Source: an uncultured Verrucomicrobiae bacterium (GTDB taxonomy: Bacteria > Verrucomicrobiota > Verrucomicrobiia > Limisphaerales > UBA11358). From it: a stretch of DNA of 64,000 nt. The stretch is taken from contig CAWHAH010000002.1 of the NCBI GenBank assembly GCA_963827205.1, positions 263,711-327,710 on the forward strand, given 5' to 3'. Shown one piece after another: positions 56,481 to 64,000 of the stretch; position 1 is the stretch's first letter; each line of letters begins with the position of its first letter. The notes under the pieces were generated by a model. That model was not told the DNA's origin. It ran no database searches and was given only the letters and a program-made list of their open reading frames with translations. The position numbers were made by a program, and so were the translations under genes.

Positions 56481-57281
56481 ATGACTATGTTCCTGTTTTG
56501 GTGCGCGGTCGGGAGTGTCGCCGGTGTCGTTTTCGGCTCCTTCTTCGAATGGACGTTACACCGTTATCTGATGCACCGTTCCTTTCTGGTGAAATTTTTC
56601 CGTTATCCGTACGAACGGCACACGCTCGTGCACCATCACATTTTCAAGGCGGACCACACGTATCATCTGGTGCATGAGCCGGACAAGAAGACCATTCCCA
56701 TGGCGTGGTGGAACGGCCCGGTGCTGGTGGCGGTGGGTTTGTTGCCGTTCTTGCTCTGGGCGTTGTTTTCGGAAAAGTGGGGCATCCTGTGCGGGGCGAC
56801 GGTGGCGTGCACGCTGTATTTCACAGCCTACGAATACATGCATTGGTGCATGCATCTGCCAAAGAAACGGCACGTGGAGCGTTCCGGCATCTTCTTCCGG
56901 CTCAACGGCCACCACCTGTTGCACCACCGTTACATGGGCAAAAACTTCAACGTGGTTCTGCCGCTGGCGGATTTATGTCTTGGCACGTTGTTGTTGCGCG
57001 CGAAGGTCGCCTTTGCGCAGGCGAAGGGGCCGTCCGTGCCGGACGTTCCAGCCGAGAAATCTGTATCCGGTGACAGCGCCGAGGGGCATTTAAACGCGCC
57101 GGAACCTGATCCGTTTCAAGGAAATTTCCAGCGGCGGAGTTTGACGCAGGTTGTGTTGAAAATCATGCGGCGCATTTCCGGGGCAGGGACGGGCGGGGTC
57201 AGCCATCCCGGCCAGGCAAGAAATTGTTTTCATATCCTTTGTTGGCTTCTGTGGGTCTGCCCTTCGGCGCCTTTACGTTAA
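56481..57281 (+). CDS. Fatty acid hydroxylase / sterol desaturase superfamily membrane protein
   Basis: His boxes HRYLMH, HTLVHHHIF, HWCMH and GHHLLHH. Confidence 0.85.
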   Translation: MTMFLFWCAVGSVAGVVFGSFFEWTLHRYLMHRSFLVKFFRYPYERHTLVHHHIFKADHTYHLVHEPDKKTIPMAWWNGPVLVAVGLLPFLLWALFSEKWGILCGATVACTLYFTAYEYMHWCMHLPKKRHVERSGIFFRLNGHHLLHHRYMGKNFNVVLPLADLCLGTLLLRAKVAFAQAKGPSVPDVPAEKSVSGDSAEGHLNAPEPDPFQGNFQRRSLTQVVLKIMRRISGAGTGGVSHPGQARNCFHILCWLLWVCPSAPLR

Positions 57282-57294
57282 AACCTTTTCCGTC

Positions 57295-57990
57295 TTACCA
57301 GACAAACGGGACGAGCCGGAAGCGGGTGTGCCGGCAGTATTCAGAATAGCCGGGCAGGTCGTGGCGAAGGATTTTTTCCTCGTTAAGCAGCCGGAAAACG
57401 ACGACCGGGATGAGGAGGGCAAAGGCCGGCAACGCGATGAACGAGCCGAGCGCCAGGGGAGCGCAGAGATACAGCACGACGAGGCCCAGATACATGGGAT
57501 GGCGAACGAGCCGGTAAGGACCGGTGGAAGCGACGGTCTGGCCCGCCTCGACCTGAATCACGCGCGCGGCAAAGCGGTTGACGTTCAAGACCTGGAAGAA
57601 CAGGAATTGACAACCCACAATCAGCGCCAAGGCCAGCAGGGTGAGCCACAACGGCACCGGTCCCGGAAAGGTGCGCGACCACCCGAAACGGTAATCCAAT
57701 CCGGGCAGCAAGAAGGACGGAAAGAAAATCAGACCGCCCAGTTTCTGCACGAGCCGTTGCTCGCTGATTTTTTCCCTGTTCAGCAGGCGGCGTTCGAGCA
57801 ATTGCGGGTCGCGTTTGAAGAAATAAATCACCACCAGGGCCGAGGAAATGAGATTCGAGATCATGAAGGCCCAGCCCTGCCAGAATTTCAACGTGCCGGC
57901 GGGAATAAACAGCATCGCCGCCAGAAGAAGCACGGCCAGCAAACCACGGCGAACCAATCTTGATTTGAGGCTTTTCCCGTCCGGCATCAC
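57295..57990 (-). CDS. Isoprenylcysteine carboxyl methyltransferase (ICMT/PEMT) family protein
   Basis: Multi-TM. TGPYRLVRHPMYLG signature and EEKILRHDLPGYSEY tail. Confidence 0.85.
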   Translation of the reverse strand: MMPDGKSLKSRLVRRGLLAVLLLAAMLFIPAGTLKFWQGWAFMISNLISSALVVIYFFKRDPQLLERRLLNREKISEQRLVQKLGGLIFFPSFLLPGLDYRFGWSRTFPGPVPLWLTLLALALIVGCQFLFFQVLNVNRFAARVIQVEAGQTVASTGPYRLVRHPMYLGLVVLYLCAPLALGSFIALPAFALLIPVVVFRLLNEEKILRHDLPGYSEYCRHTRFRLVPFVW

Positions 57991-57993
57991 TGT

Positions 57994-58300
57994 TTGATAA
58001 AACCACTCAACGAAATCCTCGTCAAGCTACGCGGCCAGACGTTGGACGGGTTGAACGCTGGAGCGGCGGTCTATGACCGTCGCAAATCTTCCGGCGCTCA
58101 CCGGGCGCCGCTACAATCATGGAAAGAGTTCACCGCCGACGCATACACCTTCACCCGTGAACTGGAACAATTGCGTCCTGACAATCGGCTTGTCCGGCCT
58201 GAAATCCGTCAGCAGTTGCAAGTCCTTCCGTCTCCACTACGTTTCGACGCGACAAGGTGTGACGCGGGATTATTGCTTCACATCGGTGGCGGCATCCGGC
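57994..58300 (+). pseudogene. Stand-alone dpnI-like winged-helix-domain fragment (about aa 193-297), single frame, with two in-frame REPs
   Basis: IKPLNEILVKLRGQTLDGLNAG[REP]KEFTADAYTFTRELEQLRPDNRLVRPEIRQQLQVL[REP]CDAGLLLHIGGG. Only a TTG start is available. Confidence 0.7.
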
Positions 58301-58320
58301 CTTGGCCGGGATTCGGTTTT

Positions 58321-58383
58321 ACAGAAGGCAACCAACCAAAGGCTGAAAGCCACCTTCGCTATTCCGTTTCGTTTGCTTCTGTG
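58321..58383. repeat. MITE-like AACAGAAG family, diverged copy 5
   Basis: ACAGAAGGCAACCAACCAAAGG ... CCGTTTCGTTTGCTTCTGTGG. Confidence 0.6.
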
Positions 58384-58402
58384 GAACTTGCATGGTTTGT
58401 CA

Positions 58403-59449
58403 TCATTGCTGTTTGGGGAGCCTCACTTCGAATGTGCCGGCGACGCAGCTTTTGGAATCGTCGGGGAAACACAAATAGATCTTCCCGGCGACCTTCCGAT
58501 TGATGGCTTGATCGAATTGCAGCTTCATTCCATAGCCCCGGTTAAAGGTCGCGGTCTGAATCACTCCGCCTTCATTCCAGGTCATCTTGACGTGCGGATT
58601 GGCCTTGCCGCTGTCCACGGACTGGATTTCATAACTGTGGCCTTCAATGGAGGCGCCCAGACGATAAACGTCCAGTTGCATTCCGTTCGTGGACCTCATT
58701 TTAAGGTCGCCATTCCGGAACGACATTGTCTTGACGGCGAAATCAAGGCCATGAAGTTTCCCGCTGACCGGATGGTTGGGGAAGGAAACTGTGCTGAGGT
58801 CGGCTGTCCACCCGGATTGGTCGGGTTCGATTTGCGGGTTGGCGGGGGCGACGGTCGCGGGCGTGACCGGTTCAACCGGTTGGCTGTTTGTGACCACAAC
58901 CCCGCGTTTGAAAGGTTCCACCGGTTGAATGTCATTGGAAACAGTTGTGGATTGGGTCTGCGTCACAATCAGATTGTTCGTAGCCAGGTTTTGCCGGACG
59001 TTTTCGTATCCCTGTTTCATCGCGGCTGAAAAAGACCAGATGCGGTATGCGGCGGTGCTCACTTCGAGCGTCAAAATCAAATAGCCGATGATGAGACCCG
59101 ACGTGGCGAGACCATTACCCTTGAGCGACGGATTCCGGCGAAGGCGTGATTTGGCGAGATGCCCGCAAATGATTCCCGGGAGCCATCCAACGCACGTGAT
59201 CAACGATGACAGGGAGCAGACCAGTGAAGCAATGGCCAAGCCGGAAGTCCGCTGAACGGGGGTTGCCGTGTTGCCCGGCGACGCCGGCGGCGCGCCGGCC
59301 CGGGTGGAGACATTGACAGTTCCGGCCGTTTCTTCTGGCACAGCGATGGTGGCATTGCAGCCCGGACAGGCGATTTGCGTTCCCACCTGAGTCGTGTCAC
59401 ACAAAATGTCCTGGCCGCAAGCCGGGCATGAAAATTTGAATTCACTCAT
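58403..59449 (-). CDS. Zinc-ribbon plus DUF4190-like membrane protein
   Basis: ATG at 59449. MSEFKFSCPACGQ...CPGCN. TM pair LAIASLVCSL...GLIIGYLIL. C-terminal beta-rich domain. Confidence 0.7.
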   Translation of the reverse strand: MSEFKFSCPACGQDILCDTTQVGTQIACPGCNATIAVPEETAGTVNVSTRAGAPPASPGNTATPVQRTSGLAIASLVCSLSSLITCVGWLPGIICGHLAKSRLRRNPSLKGNGLATSGLIIGYLILTLEVSTAAYRIWSFSAAMKQGYENVRQNLATNNLIVTQTQSTTVSNDIQPVEPFKRGVVVTNSQPVEPVTPATVAPANPQIEPDQSGWTADLSTVSFPNHPVSGKLHGLDFAVKTMSFRNGDLKMRSTNGMQLDVYRLGASIEGHSYEIQSVDSGKANPHVKMTWNEGGVIQTATFNRGYGMKLQFDQAINRKVAGKIYLCFPDDSKSCVAGTFEVRLPKQQ

Positions 59450-59587
59450 AGAGTTTCCCGTTCGTTGGATATTGAAGCATATCGCGTAAAAATTCTGGTT
59501 CAAGCCTTTGCCACGCGTTGAATGTGGTTGTTGGTCGGCACGAACGCTTTCGGTGATGAGGAAGAACGCAGGCTGTCTGGAAGCTCT

Positions 59588-60868
59588 TCAAACGCCCCCA
59601 CCGGCGTCTCCCCCACCTCCAATCCCATCTCCAATGATACGGATGAGCGGCAGGAACATGGCAATCACGATGCTGCCCACGACGACCGCCAGGAGAATAA
59701 TCATGATCGGCTCAAGCAACGCCGTCGTTGCACTGACGGCGTTGTCCACCTCTTCGTCGCAGGTGTCGGCAATTCTCATGAGCAGGTCCGGCAGCGCGCC
59801 GGTTTGTTCGCCCACGTCCACCATGCCGGCAATCATCGCGGGGAAAATCCGGGATGCTTTCAGCGGCCCGGCGATGCTCCCGCCCTCTTTCACGTTGTCA
59901 TGAACTTTGGCAATGACATCCCCCACGATGACGTTGCCGGCTGTTTCCTTCACAATGGTCAACGCTTGAAGGATGGGCACGCCGCCGCCGAGCAGGGTCC
60001 CGAAGGTCCGGGCAAAACGCGCGAGCGCCACCTTGCGGAAAACTTTGCCGAGCACGGGCAGGGACAGTTTGAGACGGTCAAACCACCGCCGGCCGCACGG
60101 AGTGCGAACGAACAATCGGAACGCAACAACCAAGGCCAGCACCGTCATTCCGGCAGCCGGAAAGTGGCTTTTGAACCCATCGCTGATTTTCAGGACCAGG
60201 AGCGTGAAGGCCGGCATCTCCCTCCCGTTGAGCAGTCCCTCAAACACCGCTTGGAAACGTGGGATGACAAAACTCAGCAGGAGGGTAAGGATACCCGTCG
60301 CAGTCACCAGCACCGCCGCTGGATAAAACATGGCGGCCTTGATCTTGCCTTTGATTTTCAGCGCCTTCTCCATGAACTCGGCCTGGCGCCGGAGCACCAC
60401 GTCCAGAACACCGCCGATTTCGCCGGCCTTGACCAGATTCACGTAAAGTGGGCTGAATACCCTGGGATGCGCGGCCAGCGCTTCGGACAACGTTCCTCCG
60501 CTTTCAACATTTATGGCCACTTCCATGATGACACGCTTCAACGCCTGATTTTCCGCCTGTTCTTCCAGAATGCGCAATCCGCGCAGGAGCGGCATGCCCA
60601 CGTCAATCAGTGTCGCCAACTGGCGGGTGAACACGGTGAGAATGGCCGGTTTGATTCTGCCGCGCGGCATGCGAATCGGGGATTTGAATGTTCGGGGAAC
60701 GGCGGTTGCCCTTGACCGGCGCTGGAATGGCATGGTTGGCACAACCTTGGTCGGGAACAACCCCATTTCCTTGATGCGCTTCAGCGCCTCGCTTTGATCG
60801 GTGACATCCAGCGTCCCCTGGCTTTTCAGCCCGCCGGCATCCACAGCCTCATAACAATAGCTGGACAT
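59588..60868 (-). CDS. Type II secretion / type IV pilus platform protein (GspF/PilC family)
   Basis: Two T2SSF repeats: LATLIDVGMPLLRGLRIL and FARTFGTLLGGGVPILQALTIV. Three TM segments. Confidence 0.93.
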   Translation of the reverse strand: MSSYCYEAVDAGGLKSQGTLDVTDQSEALKRIKEMGLFPTKVVPTMPFQRRSRATAVPRTFKSPIRMPRGRIKPAILTVFTRQLATLIDVGMPLLRGLRILEEQAENQALKRVIMEVAINVESGGTLSEALAAHPRVFSPLYVNLVKAGEIGGVLDVVLRRQAEFMEKALKIKGKIKAAMFYPAAVLVTATGILTLLLSFVIPRFQAVFEGLLNGREMPAFTLLVLKISDGFKSHFPAAGMTVLALVVAFRLFVRTPCGRRWFDRLKLSLPVLGKVFRKVALARFARTFGTLLGGGVPILQALTIVKETAGNVIVGDVIAKVHDNVKEGGSIAGPLKASRIFPAMIAGMVDVGEQTGALPDLLMRIADTCDEEVDNAVSATTALLEPIMIILLAVVVGSIVIAMFLPLIRIIGDGIGGGGDAGGGV

Positions 60869-61079
60869 GGCAGCCTCATTTCCGGCCCTGCCGGGTTGGC
60901 AGGTGCCCTTGCCTGGTTGGACAGTGTCCGGCAGGGTTTGTCACGCCGGACGTTTCATCGGGTCGAGGGAATGAAATGGTTTCCACACGACGATCCAAAG
61001 GGGGAACAGGTTGGCCACCAGCAGGCGCCGCGTTTCGTCCCGTTCCCGGTGAAACCGGGAGCCGATGCCAGACGCGGTC

Positions 61080-61992
61080 TTACAATTTTTTGGGAGCCGT
61101 CATGGCGCGATAGGTCACCGGCAGCTGCCAGTCGGCATAATTCGCGTCGAAGGCTTTCATGGCGCTGATGATTTGCTGGCGGAACGTTGTTTCAATCAAA
61201 TTCCCCTGGCCCGGCCAGATTTTGAAGTGGACGCGCAGAAAATCCCAACCACCGCCCGCGACCGTTTCCACCGGGCCGATGACCGGCTCACTCAGAATAA
61301 TCGCGCCGAATTGCCGCCACATCCCCCGGGCGACCTTCGCGACCGTCGCCACGGCCTTTTCCCGGTCGGCACCCTGCGGAAGCTGGATGTCCGCATACGC
61401 AAACACCCCGCCGTGCGGGAAGCGGCTCACGTTGGCAATGGTGCGATTGGGAATGAACACAATCTGGTTGTAAAAATTGCGGAGTGTTGTGAAACGCAGG
61501 CCGATTTCCTCCACGCGTCCGACAACGACGACTGTACCGGCAATCTCCACCATGTCGCCCACGTCCATGACGTTCCGAAAAAATCAGCGTCAGGCCGATC
61601 ACCACGTCCTGCACCAGTCCCTGCGAGCCAAAGCTGATGGCCAGGCCGACGACGGACGCGCTCGCCAGATACGCCGTCAGGCTGACACCGAATTCCTGCA
61701 GCATAAATCCGATGGCAATAAAATAGACGGCAAAGGTGACGCCGCTGGCAATGAGCCGGGTGAGCGTGATGAATTTCGGCTGCTGGGTCATGAAGCCGAG
61801 CGGGTTTTTCTGCGCCTGGCCTTTGTTGATGAGCCATTCGGTGATGTGCCGGATGACTTTGACTGTGACATGCACAAGCGCGGCGAGGGCCACAATGAGC
61901 AGCAGGTGCGTTCCCAAGGATGACTCATGCCCGGAAAAGTAACTGTAAAGGCGGCCCATCACTGTTTCATCCATGTTGGTCGAGTTCATCAA
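61080..61992 (-). pseudogene. MscS-family mechanosensitive channel with a frameshift in an A6/T6 run
   Basis: ORF 61288..61992 gives the TM part ending GSQGLVQDVVIGLTLIF. ORF 61080..61568 gives MDVGDMVEIAGTVVVVGRVEEIGLRFTTLRNFYNQIVFIPN. The frames join as LIFRNVMDVGD if A6 at 61577..61582 is read as A5. Confidence 0.85.
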
Positions 61993-62141
61993 ATTCCTTT
62001 TGGCAAATCATGCAGGCACACAGGCTGCGTTGTACGTTGCCGGGCGCATGGTGCACCGGCCGGAAGATGATTAAACACCATTTGGGGAACTTCGCAAGAT
62101 TGGGTGCGCCGCGCCGGCCTGCGGTGGACGCCAACGGGTCA

Positions 62142-62507
62142 CTAAAGCGCAAGCAACTTGACCGCCTCAACCATGCTTTCACAAGTGACCGTCCGGGGAC
62201 GATGCGGGTAATGAAAAACCGTCAGGATATTCATCCCGATGTCCTGGCCCGGTTCGGGAATGACCCGCACCACCAAATCCACACCCGCCCGGCCAATCAA
62301 ATCCATCATCCGGCCCAGCTCCGGCGCGCAATCCAGCCCCATTGACTCCATCTGGCTGAAATCCGCGAGCAAACGAAACCCCGGCGACAACTCCCCCAGT
62401 TGCTTCGTCAGCTCCTCCCGGTTGCGCTGAAACTCCTTCAACCGCACCGGCCCGATGTAACTGATAAGCAGCAACTGCTTCGACTTGTTCGAGGTGACCA
62501 GCAACAT
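62142..62507 (-). CDS. Hypothetical protein (STAS-like fold?)
   Basis: 121-aa ORF. The family guess is weak. Confidence 0.45.
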   Translation of the reverse strand: MLLVTSNKSKQLLLISYIGPVRLKEFQRNREELTKQLGELSPGFRLLADFSQMESMGLDCAPELGRMMDLIGRAGVDLVVRVIPEPGQDIGMNILTVFHYPHRPRTVTCESMVEAVKLLAL

Positions 62508-62652
62508 TGAAATCAGTCTAACCGGCCATCAGTGAAAATTCGAGCCAAGAGTGGAGTGAAGAACGGCAGGAACGCGCATGAGTCCGCGTAAATCTGAGGT
62601 GTTTGCGCCAGTTGGCGTCGGTGGCGGCAAAGCCCAGGCAGGTGCCAGTGGT

Positions 62653-64000
62653 TCAGGGAACTGCCAAACGGTAAAATCGAAGCGGGCCAACGTTCGGATC
62701 GGTAAAGGTGAAGTTTGTCTGGCTGTAGGAAACATTTCCAAGCGTCGCCCAAGTCGCCGTCAAATTGGTCGCGGCTTGGACGTTGTAAACCACATTGGTC
62801 AGGCCAGCCCATTGGAGCGTGGGGGTTGCGTTCGTAAAGGTCATACTCATGACGGGCTGCGGCACACTGAAAACCGTCCATTCCAGCCGCACCACGGAAT
62901 ACTCCGGGATCGTGACTGGATTGTTGGTCAACTGCGATTGGATTTGGATGGCGCTATTGGGCGGCGGCGCGTTGGTCGTGCTGGGGTCGCTGCCGGTCAC
63001 AAAGGTTTCCAGAAATTGATTCGTTACCGCCACGCCATCTTGGATGATTTGCACCGGCGTGTTGGTTGCGCCCTTGTTCGTGAGCACTACATACCGTTTT
63101 CCGTTACCGCCCTGATAGGCCTGCGCGTAAATCGCCGGAATCGTCACGATGCCATTGGTGTCGGTGAAGACGGTCGGGCCATTGGTGCCGACGGTCGTGG
63201 CATAAACCGCCGTGGACCGCGTCAACGCCCAATCCGCCACCGCTTCGCCCGCCGCCTGCGCGCCCAGAAAGAAACCGAACGGCAAACCGGCGGTGTTGGT
63301 TGAACGGCCCGCATTGTAAGCGGTGAGGACAGCTTGATTATTGCTGTTGGTCTGGTCAATGCCATTGGGATTCAGCAATTGATATGGCCCGACAAAGCAC
63401 ATTTGCGGAAGGGTGGACATGCGCAGGACGTATTCCGCGGCATAGATGCCGCCATAGAGCGTCGTGCAGGGCGGATTCTGGAGGCCCGCGCCGTTACCCC
63501 GGGCGGGCGCGTATTCCGTAATGAGAAAAGTCACGTTGCTGTTGTTGTCGGGTATCAGGTAATTGAGCATGCGTGCGGTCGTGTTACTGGCCAGCTCCCA
63601 GTTGTCCAAGGCCATCAAGTCGGAAAAAGGCACGCCGTTCGTGGGCAACGCGGGATAATGATGATACACCACCGCATCCCAGTATTTGTTGGTGTAGTTC
63701 TTCAAATCATTGTCCCAGGTGTTGGGTTCCGAATAACCGGCGTCGTTGAAATAAATCGCCACCACGGCGTTGGAATCGGCGGCCTTGATGGCGTCCCGGT
63801 AGGGTTTCATCCGCGCAACATAATCCGTCGCGTCCAGGAAAAAATCATAAGCGCCATTGCCGGCGAAGACATAAGGCTCGTTGCACAATTCCCATGCGGC
63901 CACGGGAATGTGATTGGTCAGGGCGTACTCGGCGAAAGCGCCGGCGGAATTGGTAGTGTCCGTGAAGCCGTTGATGCAGACGACGATCTTCGCGCCGCCC
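62653..64000 (-). CDS. Secreted glycoside-hydrolase-like protein, N-terminus beyond the window
   Basis: The frame stays open to 64000 (...IPVAAWELCNEPY, an NEP acid/base-like motif). C-terminal beta-sandwich ends YNVQAATNLTATWATL...LRFYRLAVP. Confidence 0.7.
   Translation of the reverse strand, partial: GGAKIVVCINGFTDTTNSAGAFAEYALTNHIPVAAWELCNEPYVFAGNGAYDFFLDATDYVARMKPYRDAIKAADSNAVVAIYFNDAGYSEPNTWDNDLKNYTNKYWDAVVYHHYPALPTNGVPFSDLMALDNWELASNTTARMLNYLIPDNNSNVTFLITEYAPARGNGAGLQNPPCTTLYGGIYAAEYVLRMSTLPQMCFVGPYQLLNPNGIDQTNSNNQAVLTAYNAGRSTNTAGLPFGFFLGAQAAGEAVADWALTRSTAVYATTVGTNGPTVFTDTNGIVTIPAIYAQAYQGGNGKRYVVLTNKGATNTPVQIIQDGVAVTNQFLETFVTGSDPSTTNAPPPNSAIQIQSQLTNNPVTIPEYSVVRLEWTVFSVPQPVMSMTFTNATPTLQWAGLTNVVYNVQAATNLTATWATLGNVSYSQTNFTFTDPNVGPLRFYRLAVP

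Overview
High-GC (~60%) bacterial chromosomal window. The gene content suggests, by inference only, a PVC-group (Verrucomicrobiota-like) genome: DUF1559-type prepilin-like proteins with [24 protein letters not shown] leaders, a PEP-CTERM protein, TMTC-like and SGNH-TPR proteins, and a very high density of hairpin REP/MITE-like repeats. No rRNA, tRNA or CRISPR array was found. From 0 to 38 kb the content is mostly ordinary: recA, a DEAD-box helicase, a mannan-degradation cluster (GH5, GH130, GH26, large secreted CBM-like protein), a TMTC-like TPR protein, copA flanked by two inverted prepilin-like paralogs, proB, mazG, a PEP-CTERM protein and secreted or membrane hypotheticals. From 39 to 52 kb, with outliers at 52.4 and 58 kb, the region is accessory. 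It holds a Dpn-type locus with three parts: a DpnA-like beta-class MTase cut by a single in-frame TAG carried on a hairpin repeat, an AIPR-like gene, and an uninterrupted DpnI/DRP-family gene. These are followed by at least eight co-oriented fragments of a dpnI-like paralog, interleaved with small low-GC cassettes: a CPBP protease, lipoproteins, a truncated UPF0175/DUF3368 toxin-antitoxin pair, and tandem repeats. From 52 to 64 kb the content is housekeeping-like again: an ECF sigma factor with a fused membrane domain, infA, an RRM protein, a fatty-acid hydroxylase, an ICMT-like methyltransferase, PilC/GspF, a frameshifted MscS gene and a partial glycosidase. Hairpin repeats are inserted in frame inside several coding genes (the recA-adjacent gene twice, copA, the dpnI-like gene and the MTase). 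Two genes carry homopolymer frameshifts, which may be assembly errors. All family assignments come from motif recognition by eye; no searches were run.
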